A DNA stretch of 64,000 nucleotides, from the NCBI GenBank assembly GCA_964619725.1, contig CAZUFC010000004.1:1-64000 (forward strand), given 5' to 3'. Of this stretch, positions 17,372 to 26,285 are shown piece after piece. The notes beneath the pieces are model-generated. The model saw only the letters and a program-made list of their open reading frames with translations, made no database searches and was not told where the DNA came from. The number at the start of each line of letters is the position of its first letter. Position 1 is the stretch's first letter. Source of the stretch: an uncultured bacterium (lineage in GTDB: Bacteria; CSSED10-310; CAZUFC01). The position numbers were made by a program, and so were the translations under genes.

Positions 17372-19879
17372 ATGAGGGAAATGACAAATTGTAAGAAATT
17401 CAAACGCGATGCAGCAGCCTTGCTGCTCATAATCATATCCGTGCTTTTGTTTTTTTTGCCTGTGATCATTCGAGGGCAACGTCTCTATCTGCTCGACGTC
17501 ATTTTTCAAAATCATCCGTTTCGCGCCTATGCGTTCGATCAGCTTTTTCAGGGAAGAATTCCATTGTGGTGTCCTCATATAGGATTGGGATTCCCGCTTT
17601 TTGCGGAAGGACAGAGCGGGGTTTTTCATATATTGAATTTGCTGTTTTATGCATTGCTGGAACCAATTTCGGCTTGTACTTGGAGCATTATCGCCGGTTT
17701 TATATTAACGGCGTGTTTTTTCTATTTATTTCTGAGGACCTGGAAATTCGACCTCTTTCCATCCATCGCCGGTTCTCTCATCTGGGCGTTAGGGGCTTGT
17801 TTCTCCACAAAATACATACTCACGCCCTTCTTCTTCACCGCTCTATGGATGCCCCTCCTTCTCACAATGATAGAGAATTTCATGAGAACCGGAAAAAGAA
17901 CCTTCCTTTTTTATTCGGGACTCATAGTCATTATTCAGAGTTCGGCCGGGCACCCGCAAGGACTTTTCATCTCCCTGGTTTCATCTCTGGTATATCTTGC
18001 TCTTTGCCTTTTCAGGTTTGAATCGAATAGGCAAACGCTGCATCGGATAATTTTTACGCTGTTCGCCCTCTCTCTAGGATTGACGGCTTCTTCTTTCCAG
18101 TTGCTGCCGACCATGGAAGCAGCGGTTCGTTCATCAAGGCAGGGTGGAATGAGCTTTCAAAGCGCTGCTTCGATGTCCTTTTCACCAGCTAATTTCCTTT
18201 GTCTGGCGCTGCCTTTCTATTACGGAAATCCAGCAAACAATACATACTGGCGAATCCAGGACGGATACTTCTGGGAACTGGCCTATTTTCCCGGCGCCCT
18301 TGTGCTTGTTCTGGTCATTGCTGCTTTTTTTCGGAGAACACGCTCAGCAGTCGTATTTCAAATCTTCTCCATCGTCGGATTCGTCCTTATGCTGGGTAAA
18401 TACAGTCCCCTTTATACTCTTTTCGCCCGGCTACCCGGAATTTCTTACTTCAGAATACCCGCTCGGTTCGGCATTTTAATGCATTTCGGCTTCGCAGCCC
18501 TAGCCGCTTACACCCTGCACGAAATCACAAGAAGGACTATCAAGAAGCGACATCTCATTATTTCATCAATCGTCGTTTTGATGGTACTGGCTTCAATCCT
18601 ACTGATTAATAAAGGAATATTCACGGACCATTCGGCGAATCTGTCGTCGAAAGCGCAGATCGAAAAATACAACAAAATAAAAAGCGGCTTCATAAGGGAC
18701 GCGGCTTCAGCGGCATTCGTTATCTGTTCCGGCTTGATCGCCTTGTCCCTCTTCTTCCGCCATCCAAGATTAAAAATTTGGGTTTCCGGCTTCATTTTGC
18801 TTCTGATTCTGGCGGAATTACTCCGATTTTCCTACGCGTTTAATGATTTTTGCGATCCGCTTTTTTTCGCTCAGCCCGAAAACGTTTCCCGCATCAAATC
18901 CCTTCAGAAAAACGGCGACGCCGATTACAGAATCTACAGCAATGTAAGGGAATCCAATTCCATTTTTAAATGGCATAAAGGCTGGAAAACTGACGATTTT
19001 TCCTACAAGGAACTATTTAATTGCGTGCGCATGTATTCCGGCAGTCTCTTCGGCTTAAATAATTGCTCCTTTTTTGGGTGGAGCCCCCTCCATCCAGCTC
19101 GATTGAGAAATTTCGCCGAAAAATTAACCCCAGCAAAATTGAATCTCGCATCGGTTAAATATGTGATCGAACCAGGCCGACAAACTTCTGAAGGATTTCA
19201 GCTCCTTTACCAAAATTACCTCAAGCTGATGAAAAATAATAACAGACTCCCCTGGATTTTTTCTCCATCCAGAATCATCACCCGCAAAGATATCATTGAT
19301 TTCTCACTAGACCATTCTTCAAACGATTCCTCGCTGAGACAGACCATAACCATCGATTGCGAACTCAATGAAAACGATTATCGCTCGGAAAAAAAAATTG
19401 TATTCAACAAACTCGATTATCACAAGCCCGCACCTAATAAAATTATCATAGAACCTAAAGGTGAAGGAATAGGATGGCTGTTTATCTCACAAATGTACGA
19501 CCCCAATTGGAAAGCCTCAAACGGAGACGAAAGCATTAAGGTTTTCCCGGCTGAAGGAGCGATGCAAGCCATTCAGGTGATTGGAGAAAATCAGGCCGTT
19601 CTCGAATATAAGCCGCTGTCCTGGCGGCTGGGATTGTTCATCTCATGCTTCATCTTAACGCTTGCCGTTATTCTCGCTTTGAACCTCACTGATAAAAGCA
19701 AAGCCCTGATAGTCGACTCAGATATCATGAAACGCCTACATTTGCTTTACTTCGCTCAGTTGTTACTCCTTCTTCTGTTCATTTTGATTTCGATTCAATT
19801 TTCGTTCTGGAAGGATGCTTTTTCCAATATAAGACTGGATGATTGGATACATTATCGCCATTATCTGGATATTTTATAA
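17372..19879 (+). CDS. YfhO family membrane protein (GT-C)
   Basis: D...Q.HP.R, GRIPLWCPHIGLGFPLFA, AGHPQ, QLLPT.E, FRIPARF, SQMYDPNWKA, LEYKP. Confidence 0.85.
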   Translation: MREMTNCKKFKRDAAALLLIIISVLLFFLPVIIRGQRLYLLDVIFQNHPFRAYAFDQLFQGRIPLWCPHIGLGFPLFAEGQSGVFHILNLLFYALLEPISACTWSIIAGFILTACFFYLFLRTWKFDLFPSIAGSLIWALGACFSTKYILTPFFFTALWMPLLLTMIENFMRTGKRTFLFYSGLIVIIQSSAGHPQGLFISLVSSLVYLALCLFRFESNRQTLHRIIFTLFALSLGLTASSFQLLPTMEAAVRSSRQGGMSFQSAASMSFSPANFLCLALPFYYGNPANNTYWRIQDGYFWELAYFPGALVLVLVIAAFFRRTRSAVVFQIFSIVGFVLMLGKYSPLYTLFARLPGISYFRIPARFGILMHFGFAALAAYTLHEITRRTIKKRHLIISSIVVLMVLASILLINKGIFTDHSANLSSKAQIEKYNKIKSGFIRDAASAAFVICSGLIALSLFFRHPRLKIWVSGFILLLILAELLRFSYAFNDFCDPLFFAQPENVSRIKSLQKNGDADYRIYSNVRESNSIFKWHKGWKTDDFSYKELFNCVRMYSGSLFGLNNCSFFGWSPLHPARLRNFAEKLTPAKLNLASVKYVIEPGRQTSEGFQLLYQNYLKLMKNNNRLPWIFSPSRIITRKDIIDFSLDHSSNDSSLRQTITIDCELNENDYRSEKKIVFNKLDYHKPAPNKIIIEPKGEGIGWLFISQMYDPNWKASNGDESIKVFPAEGAMQAIQVIGENQAVLEYKPLSWRLGLFISCFILTLAVILALNLTDKSKALIVDSDIMKRLHLLYFAQLLLLLLFILISIQFSFWKDAFSNIRLDDWIHYRHYLDIL

Positions 19880-19977
19880 AATGTTTAAATTCAACGACTT
19901 GTTTGGCTTATTTCTTGAGATTGCCGGAAAAAGGCGTGAAAATTATGAAAAATTATAAAAAAAATGAAGATTTTCAC

Positions 19978-20005
19978 TTGACATACATTTCAGAATTATT
20001 ATAGT
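19978..20005 (+). promoter_or_regulatory. Strong sigma70-type promoter candidate
   Basis: TTGACA-16 nt-TATAGT preceded by an A-rich UP-like tract. Confidence 0.65.
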
Positions 20006-20147
20006 AAATGACAGCAATCGGAGGGAAACGATTGATGAGTCGTATGAAAGCAAATAATGGAATTCGAAATAAAAAAAGTGGCTTTCGGTTCATTATAATA
20101 TTCTTTTCCGAAAGTCATATCCTGTAGAGAAAGGAGGTGACAAACAA

Positions 20148-20576
20148 ATGAAAAAAGTCGGATTATTTTTAGGTTTAGCAGCTATCATGTTGATTGCTGT
20201 CGGTATCGCCATCGGCGATGAAACAGTTCCCTTCCCGTTCTGGCAACATGGTTGGGGATGTACGACATTCTGGTCAGCCTCACAATATGGCGGAACCACG
20301 GATGCCGTAGTAACCATCTCCTTGCTGGGAATGGACGGTGCGCTGGTAGCATCTACAACCGGTACAGTAGCGGAAGGACAAGCTTGGGCTCCTGACAGTG
20401 CTGTTTGGGGCGGCGCTTGGTATACCGCTGGTAACGGAATGGGCTTCGGTCTCTATGAAGTTACGGCAGGTACTGAATCAGTGTACCTCTGGGGTTGTAT
20501 TTATGGCTCTTTGAGCCCTGCCGGACAGGCTGGATATACTCTGGTCATGCCGGGTAACCCTTATGGCGTAGAGTGA
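20148..20576 (+). CDS. Small secreted Gly/Thr/aromatic-rich beta protein (candidate abundant surface subunit)
   Basis: GAAAGGAGGTG RBS, Sec-type signal peptide, own promoter and terminator. Confidence 0.85.
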   Translation: MKKVGLFLGLAAIMLIAVGIAIGDETVPFPFWQHGWGCTTFWSASQYGGTTDAVVTISLLGMDGALVASTTGTVAEGQAWAPDSAVWGGAWYTAGNGMGFGLYEVTAGTESVYLWGCIYGSLSPAGQAGYTLVMPGNPYGVE

Positions 20577-20609
20577 TGCTATTAAGCAGTAACACATGAA
20601 AGCTTAGAG

Positions 20610-20649
20610 AAAACAGCTTCAGCGCTCAAAGGTGCTGAAGCTGTTTTTT
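20610..20649 (+). terminator. Rho-independent terminator
   Basis: aaaacagcttcagcgc-tcaaag-gtgctgaagctgtttttt. Confidence 0.85.
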
Positions 20650-20719
20650 AGAAGTATAATTTCGGAAATGAATGTTGCGTGAAAACTGCTAACTAAAACG
20701 GAAATAAACGAGGCTTGTA

Positions 20720-21820
20720 ATGAAGATTTGGAATTGCCTGATGGAGAAGAAATTCATAGCGCTAATAATTTTAATTTCGATTTTAAATGTTTTCGGATGC
20801 ACGAAAAAAGATGAAAAAACGCTATTGGCCGAAAAAGTTAAACCGCATGTCGATCAGGGAACGAAGGCGTATCAGAGCGGAAACTATGCATTGGCGATAG
20901 AGGAGTGGAGAAAGGCGCAGGAGATAAACCCGAAGCTGGATTATCTGCATTCGAATATGGGAATGGCTTACAAATTCGCAGGACAGCCGGAAAAAGCTCT
21001 GGAAGAATTTCAAAAATATGCAGAATCAAGGCCGAAGGATGCTCATGTATGGAATAACATCGGAAGCATTTACCGTGAGCAGGGGGATAACGCTAAAGCT
21101 ATTGAGTTTTATAAGAAAGCGATTTCCCTTTATGCGGATTATCACTTGCCCCATTATAATTTAGGATTGATATACAGAGAGATGGGTGATTACGACAAGG
21201 CTATTCAGCATCTGACGAAAGCTAATCAGATTCACAATAAAGATTACATGTCACTGCTTTATTTAGGAAAAACATGGCGAGCGAAAGGCAATTCGGCAAA
21301 AAGTCTCGAAGCTCTACAAAAAGCGAAAGAAATTTCCCCGTTGAACCCGGAGGTCAGATATGAATACGCGCTGGAGTTGTATAATCAGAAAAAATATGAA
21401 GAAGCGGAGTCCCAATTCAAGGAGCTGATGGTCGATTATCCGGAATATGGAAACGTATATCATGGACTCGCTCTGGTACTCTGGAAAAAAGACGGTCAAA
21501 CGGACGAGGCGCTGGGTCTGATCGAGGAAGCGTTGAAAAAGGACCCGATGTATAAATATAAATATTTAGAAAGCATGGGTCGAATTTATCTGGAAATTGA
21601 TCAATTGGACAATGCTTTGGAGAGTCTGAAAACAGCACTCGAAAACATTCCGGATTATTTGAAACGTGACAAGGCTGAGATACTTTATTATTTGGGAAAG
21701 TGCTATGAGAAGCAGGATAATACTGCTGAGGCCAGAAGCAATTATGAAAAAGCGCTTCAATTATTCCCCGACATTGCTTTCGCCAAAGAAATAAAAGATT
21801 ATTTGAACAAAGTATCTTGA
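20720..21820 (+). CDS. TPR-repeat lipoprotein
   Basis: Lipobox VFGC; about 9 TPR units (NMGMAY...A...F.K, NIGSIY, NLGLIY, YLGKCY). Confidence 0.9.
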   Translation: MKIWNCLMEKKFIALIILISILNVFGCTKKDEKTLLAEKVKPHVDQGTKAYQSGNYALAIEEWRKAQEINPKLDYLHSNMGMAYKFAGQPEKALEEFQKYAESRPKDAHVWNNIGSIYREQGDNAKAIEFYKKAISLYADYHLPHYNLGLIYREMGDYDKAIQHLTKANQIHNKDYMSLLYLGKTWRAKGNSAKSLEALQKAKEISPLNPEVRYEYALELYNQKKYEEAESQFKELMVDYPEYGNVYHGLALVLWKKDGQTDEALGLIEEALKKDPMYKYKYLESMGRIYLEIDQLDNALESLKTALENIPDYLKRDKAEILYYLGKCYEKQDNTAEARSNYEKALQLFPDIAFAKEIKDYLNKVS

Positions 21821-21830
21821 CGAGGAGGAA

Positions 21831-22304
21831 TTGAAAGTGGTGTCATCACACCGACGCTTATTGCCCTTTTCCGTGATTTTCGCGGTTTTATTTCTGCTGG
21901 GATGCGCTCATAACCCTTTGCAAGTAATAAATGAAGAGAAAATAGTATTGCTGGAGCGTGTTAGGGAATTGTGGAAAGCTTCGGCGGATCAGGACATAGC
22001 CACGATAGCCAAATTCGTCAATCCGAAAACAAAAGGTGGAGATACGAAATTTTTAATGCCCAATGTCAGCGCCGGAACGACTTTCAGAACGGAAAATTTC
22101 CATATTGAGGCGATAGAAATTGCCGCAAACGGAGAAGAAGCGATTATTTATCTAACGAAAAAATTTGTTGTGCCGCCTAGCTTCAAGCCGCGCACGATAA
22201 AAGGCGAACGAATCGAATGGGAAAAAGTAGAAGGTGTCTGGTATCCAAAGGCTGTCGTACAGCCTGAAAAGAAGAGTTTCATTTGCGGAAGGCGAGTGAG
22301 ATAG
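21831..22304 (+). CDS. Hypothetical lipoprotein (NTF2-like fold suspected)
   Basis: GAGGAGG RBS, lipobox LLGC, LLERVRELWKA...WEKVEGVWY. Confidence 0.7.
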   Translation: MKVVSSHRRLLPFSVIFAVLFLLGCAHNPLQVINEEKIVLLERVRELWKASADQDIATIAKFVNPKTKGGDTKFLMPNVSAGTTFRTENFHIEAIEIAANGEEAIIYLTKKFVVPPSFKPRTIKGERIEWEKVEGVWYPKAVVQPEKKSFICGRRVR

Positions 22305-22332
22305 AAAAATAAATTTTGTCGAGGACCCTTGG

Positions 22333-23724
22333 TTGTTTAAAGATGCTAAAAGCGCGGTTTTTTTTGAAACCGTGCTTATTATTTTTCTTGCGGTTTTGAA
22401 TGTCGGGAATATTCCCTCATTTTTTTCTCTTGTCTCGCAGAAATATGCCCCTTCCTTCCCTTTCTCTTCTGCAGGCATCCCCAATCCTCTTCAGTCTTTG
22501 TTAACGGCCGTTCTGACTTTTCTGTGCCTTTCGCTGGTTTTCCTCGGAACAGCATTTTACATAAAGGGCAAGGAATCTGAGAGAACAGCCCGGCTGCGTC
22601 GAATAATCTTAATTGTAATAATTTTATTGACGGTCGGACTGCCTCAACTGCTTCACTCTGCTATAAGAATTACCTCAGGAAATCTTCAATTCACGCACGA
22701 TGGAGGAATTTGCTATACGGAAGAAGCGGCAAGGTATCTGATCAAAGGCGAGAACCCTTATTCTGAGAGTTATCTGGGGACGTCAGTCGAGACAAAATTC
22801 GCCAATGATCCTTTCTGGAGAACGCAATCGTTCAGGCATATTCTTGATCACTATCCTTATTTGCCCCTTCCGTTTCTCTCTGCAGCTCCTTTTTTAGGAA
22901 TCTTTGAATTGTTGGGTATGCCATTCGATCAGAGATTCGTTTACTTTCCGATGCTGTTGTTGTTATTATATATTTTTCCGAAATTATTCAGTGAAAGCCA
23001 CAAAAATTTGTCGACGGCTCTGTTCTTTTTGAATCCTGCCGTATCCATGTACCTAGTTAGAGGAACGACGGATTTGATTTTTTATTTGCCTGTATTTCTT
23101 TTCTTTTTTTATGCTGTACGAAAAAATTGGAAAGCGGCATCGCTGTTCCTGGGATTAGCATGTATTTGCAAACAATTTGCCTGGTTTCTCATTCCCTTTT
23201 TTTTCTTTTATGCCGCACCTTTAAAAATAGAAAAAGCCGGAGTAAAGAAGTATAAATTTTCCAGTTTCAAAGTTTTATGGCGAGCGTTCTATCCATTGAT
23301 TCTTGTAATGACGGCAGTGTTAGGCTTTTTTTTACTGTGGGATAAAAAATCATTCCTGGATGATGTGTTGTTATTTAATTTTGGACTTTCAGGCGCTTCC
23401 TATCCTTTTGGAGGTACTCCGGGATACGGCTTCGCCAACGTTCTTTTATCCCTCGGTATAGTTCCTGACGTTCAGTCTGATTTTCCACTTTGGATATTTC
23501 AGATTCCGCTTTTTCTGCCTCTTCTCATTTTCTCGCTTTATAGAATTTGGAAGAAAAAAAACATGAATGAATTAGTCATCCTTTTTTCCGCTTCAATGTT
23601 CGTTTTTCTTTATTTCTCCAGAATGTTTCATTTCAATTATTTCGGAATGCTTTTCACGTTTTTGCTTACAGGCTGTTTTATTTCGAGCGCCCGTTCGGAA
23701 AGCGAATCATTCTCGGCAGCCTGA
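22333..23724 (+). CDS. GT-C membrane glycosyltransferase (GT87/DUF2029-like)
   Basis: HDGG..TEEAARYLIKGENPY, YPYLP, FFLNP, GTTD, LGLACICKQ; about 11 TMs. Confidence 0.7.
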   Translation: MFKDAKSAVFFETVLIIFLAVLNVGNIPSFFSLVSQKYAPSFPFSSAGIPNPLQSLLTAVLTFLCLSLVFLGTAFYIKGKESERTARLRRIILIVIILLTVGLPQLLHSAIRITSGNLQFTHDGGICYTEEAARYLIKGENPYSESYLGTSVETKFANDPFWRTQSFRHILDHYPYLPLPFLSAAPFLGIFELLGMPFDQRFVYFPMLLLLLYIFPKLFSESHKNLSTALFFLNPAVSMYLVRGTTDLIFYLPVFLFFFYAVRKNWKAASLFLGLACICKQFAWFLIPFFFFYAAPLKIEKAGVKKYKFSSFKVLWRAFYPLILVMTAVLGFFLLWDKKSFLDDVLLFNFGLSGASYPFGGTPGYGFANVLLSLGIVPDVQSDFPLWIFQIPLFLPLLIFSLYRIWKKKNMNELVILFSASMFVFLYFSRMFHFNYFGMLFTFLLTGCFISSARSESESFSAA

Positions 23725-25715
23725 AGGTTCAACCCGGCGGATTCATCCCTTCCAGATAATTCATAAGCTTTTCTGAACTTAGGTAAGTATTCGTCCTTTG
23801 CTGCCCCGCGCTTCCAGTATATCCAGGCTTGCGTCGAAAGGTATCTCCAATTCTGCGGTTCCATTTCAATTGCTTTATCGATCAGGTTCAGCATCTGTGA
23901 ATCGTTGTGATCCGTAAGAAACAAATACCACGCAAGATTGTTGTAATAGCCCGGATTAAAAGGATTCAAAGAAAGCGCTTTTTTGTATAGTTCAATCGCT
24001 GCTTCCTGTTGTCCTACATTAAACAAACGACTGCCGGCCAACGCCAGAATATGATCCATCCCCCATCCCCATCTGCCTGCCTCATCGTAGAGACGTCGGG
24101 CATATCGCCGGCAGCCGGCTTCATTTGCCGCATCGCCCCAATGAATGCAATACTCCGCCATCATCTCACGGTCTGTCATAGGAAGAATCGTAATCGGCAC
24201 ATCAGCTCCCCTCAACTGTGAATCCATTGCGGAGAAATCGAGTTCCCTGCAATATTGCAAAAACCTGGGAATCGTATAGACCAATCCGCAAGACCTCAAC
24301 GGCAAAACAAGATAATTTTTTCCTTGATCCTGAGTATAGAAAACAGGATGTTTACCAAAGAAGATCAGTCGTCTCTCGAATCTTATTTTTTCTCTTAAAA
24401 AATTCTTTTCTTGAGGATGGATTCCATAGGCATTTCGGAATAAATTGCAGTTTTCATCATATATCGTTAATGTCCGATTCCGTTTTTCCAGTGCATTGAC
24501 CACAGATAGGCTCCCGGCAGGATTATCCCCTTTGATGAAAAGAATGGAGTTCTCCGGCACACTTTTTATAATTATATTGCCGTAATCCCTGGCCATAAAT
24601 CTCCCGCTCGCCTCCTGAAAACAATACCCTTTGATGAACAGAAAGCAGAAGACAAAAAGCATGATCAGCGCAGCCAGTTTTTTTTTCAATTTTCGCTGAA
24701 CTAAAAACGATCCGTGAGCGACAAGAATAATGCATCCGATTATCAAAGGAAAAAAATATTCATGAATATCAAAGATATTATAAAAAAAGATTACCGTCAA
24801 ACTGAGCATCATGAAGCTCGCAAGAAATAATTTTTCAGAATTTCTCAGGGTGCGACTGAAAAATCCGGCCAACGCGAAAAGCCACAGAACGGGAGGAAAT
24901 TCAGCGTTGAGCGATATTACTTTTTTAACGAATCGAAAAAGTAACTCACTGATCGGCATATGCAGCATTTGATCCCTGAATTGGACTCCGAACACATGCC
25001 TGATAAAAGATGAGAGATGTTCCGGATTCCCCCAGTCCATTAACGGGTTTTGAACGGATCGGAGAGGAAGATAAATATACGAGGATAAGGCGAGAATTAC
25101 AAAAAAAAGTCCTGTTAGAAATAATTGAGGAAGTTTTCTAAAGTTTTTTCTTGTTGGGGAGACCGATAGAAACAAAAGAGCAGAGGGGAGCAGGATAATG
25201 TTCAGCATATGGTGGGATAATCCCAGTCCAAAGAAGAAACAGAGAAGCAGAAACTGCCGGGTTCCTCCATTGAGAGAAAAAAGGATGCGAATTTGCAGTA
25301 AAAAAAAGAGAACAGCGAGAGGATAGACTTCTAGCGAGAGCGCCTGGGACCATATTTGAGGAACAATCGTAAAGATTGCAGCGCCGAATGCAGCAGAGAG
25401 CGTATTGACGGATTGCAGCAATATTAAGAATAATAGGGCAGCGTTTATGGCCGTAACTAACGCTGAGGAAACGTTCATTTTCACGTCAAAAGCGCCGAAC
25501 GGTAAAAATTGAAATATTTTCAGAAGAGAATGAAATGCCGGATAACCTGTAGGATGAGAGATGCTTAGGCTATAGGCGGTTAAAGTGAGTTCGCCGTGAT
25601 TTCCGCCGGGAGCGACCGTCGGATAACCTGTGGAGGTATGGAGTGTAAAGCTCCAAAGAAAAATGATTGCTGTAAGTAGTTTTTTCGACGAGCTCATTCT
25701 TCCCAGCCGATTCAT
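23637..25715 (-). CDS. DUF2723 (TMEM260-like) membrane glycosyltransferase with C-terminal TPRs
   Basis: GGNHGEL...SISHPTGYP, WSQA..LEVY, GLSHH, YIYLPLRS..NPLMDWGNP, GDN; C-terminal TPRs. Confidence 0.85.
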   Translation of the reverse strand: MNRLGRMSSSKKLLTAIIFLWSFTLHTSTGYPTVAPGGNHGELTLTAYSLSISHPTGYPAFHSLLKIFQFLPFGAFDVKMNVSSALVTAINAALLFLILLQSVNTLSAAFGAAIFTIVPQIWSQALSLEVYPLAVLFFLLQIRILFSLNGGTRQFLLLCFFFGLGLSHHMLNIILLPSALLFLSVSPTRKNFRKLPQLFLTGLFFVILALSSYIYLPLRSVQNPLMDWGNPEHLSSFIRHVFGVQFRDQMLHMPISELLFRFVKKVISLNAEFPPVLWLFALAGFFSRTLRNSEKLFLASFMMLSLTVIFFYNIFDIHEYFFPLIIGCIILVAHGSFLVQRKLKKKLAALIMLFVFCFLFIKGYCFQEASGRFMARDYGNIIIKSVPENSILFIKGDNPAGSLSVVNALEKRNRTLTIYDENCNLFRNAYGIHPQEKNFLREKIRFERRLIFFGKHPVFYTQDQGKNYLVLPLRSCGLVYTIPRFLQYCRELDFSAMDSQLRGADVPITILPMTDREMMAEYCIHWGDAANEAGCRRYARRLYDEAGRWGWGMDHILALAGSRLFNVGQQEAAIELYKKALSLNPFNPGYYNNLAWYLFLTDHNDSQMLNLIDKAIEMEPQNWRYLSTQAWIYWKRGAAKDEYLPKFRKAYELSGRDESAGLNLQAAENDSLSERALEIKQPVSKNVKSIPK

Positions 25716-26009
25716 CAGGATATCTTAGTCAGAAGAAGTTGATTTGTCCAAAAAAAAAGAACCGAAGCGAAAAACGGCGAGGATTAAAATATCCTCTTTT
25801 TTGAATAGAAACAATAACCAATCTCCAGCCGCTTTGGATGAGGGGTTTTGCTATGGATAGACAAGAAATGAATTTCAGGGACTGATCAAACCGGGGTTAA
25901 ACTTTTTCATAAAATATTTGACTGATTGAAACCCCAAGAAGTAACTGCTCCTGATCCACAACTATCTATTTTAAGAATTCACCGCTGTTTTTTCATCAAG
26001 GGCCGTTTG

Positions 26010-26055
26010 TTTCGGTATTGGGGTCGGTATCGCAATCGCAATCGGAATAAATGAT
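26010..26055 (+). repeat. Dispersed intergenic repeat, copy 2
   Basis: tttcggtattggggtcggtatcgcaatcgcaatcggaataaatgat, similar to the reverse complement of 398-445. Confidence 0.7.
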
Positions 26056-26285
26056 TACGAAGAGATATGTTCTGTCTTTACCTGGTTTGCCAAAGCTTCT
26101 CGATTATTCAAGTATTCAAGGCTGCGAAAATCGTAACCTCGAAACACGAATATCTGATCAATGCCGAATTTCCTGATTTCAAATAGATTAATATTTTTCA
26201 GGCCTTACGTAAAATCGGTCGACACTGATTCAAAGATGTGCAAAAGTAGTAATAATGTCAGATCAGTGTCGAAAAAGTTAAACGG

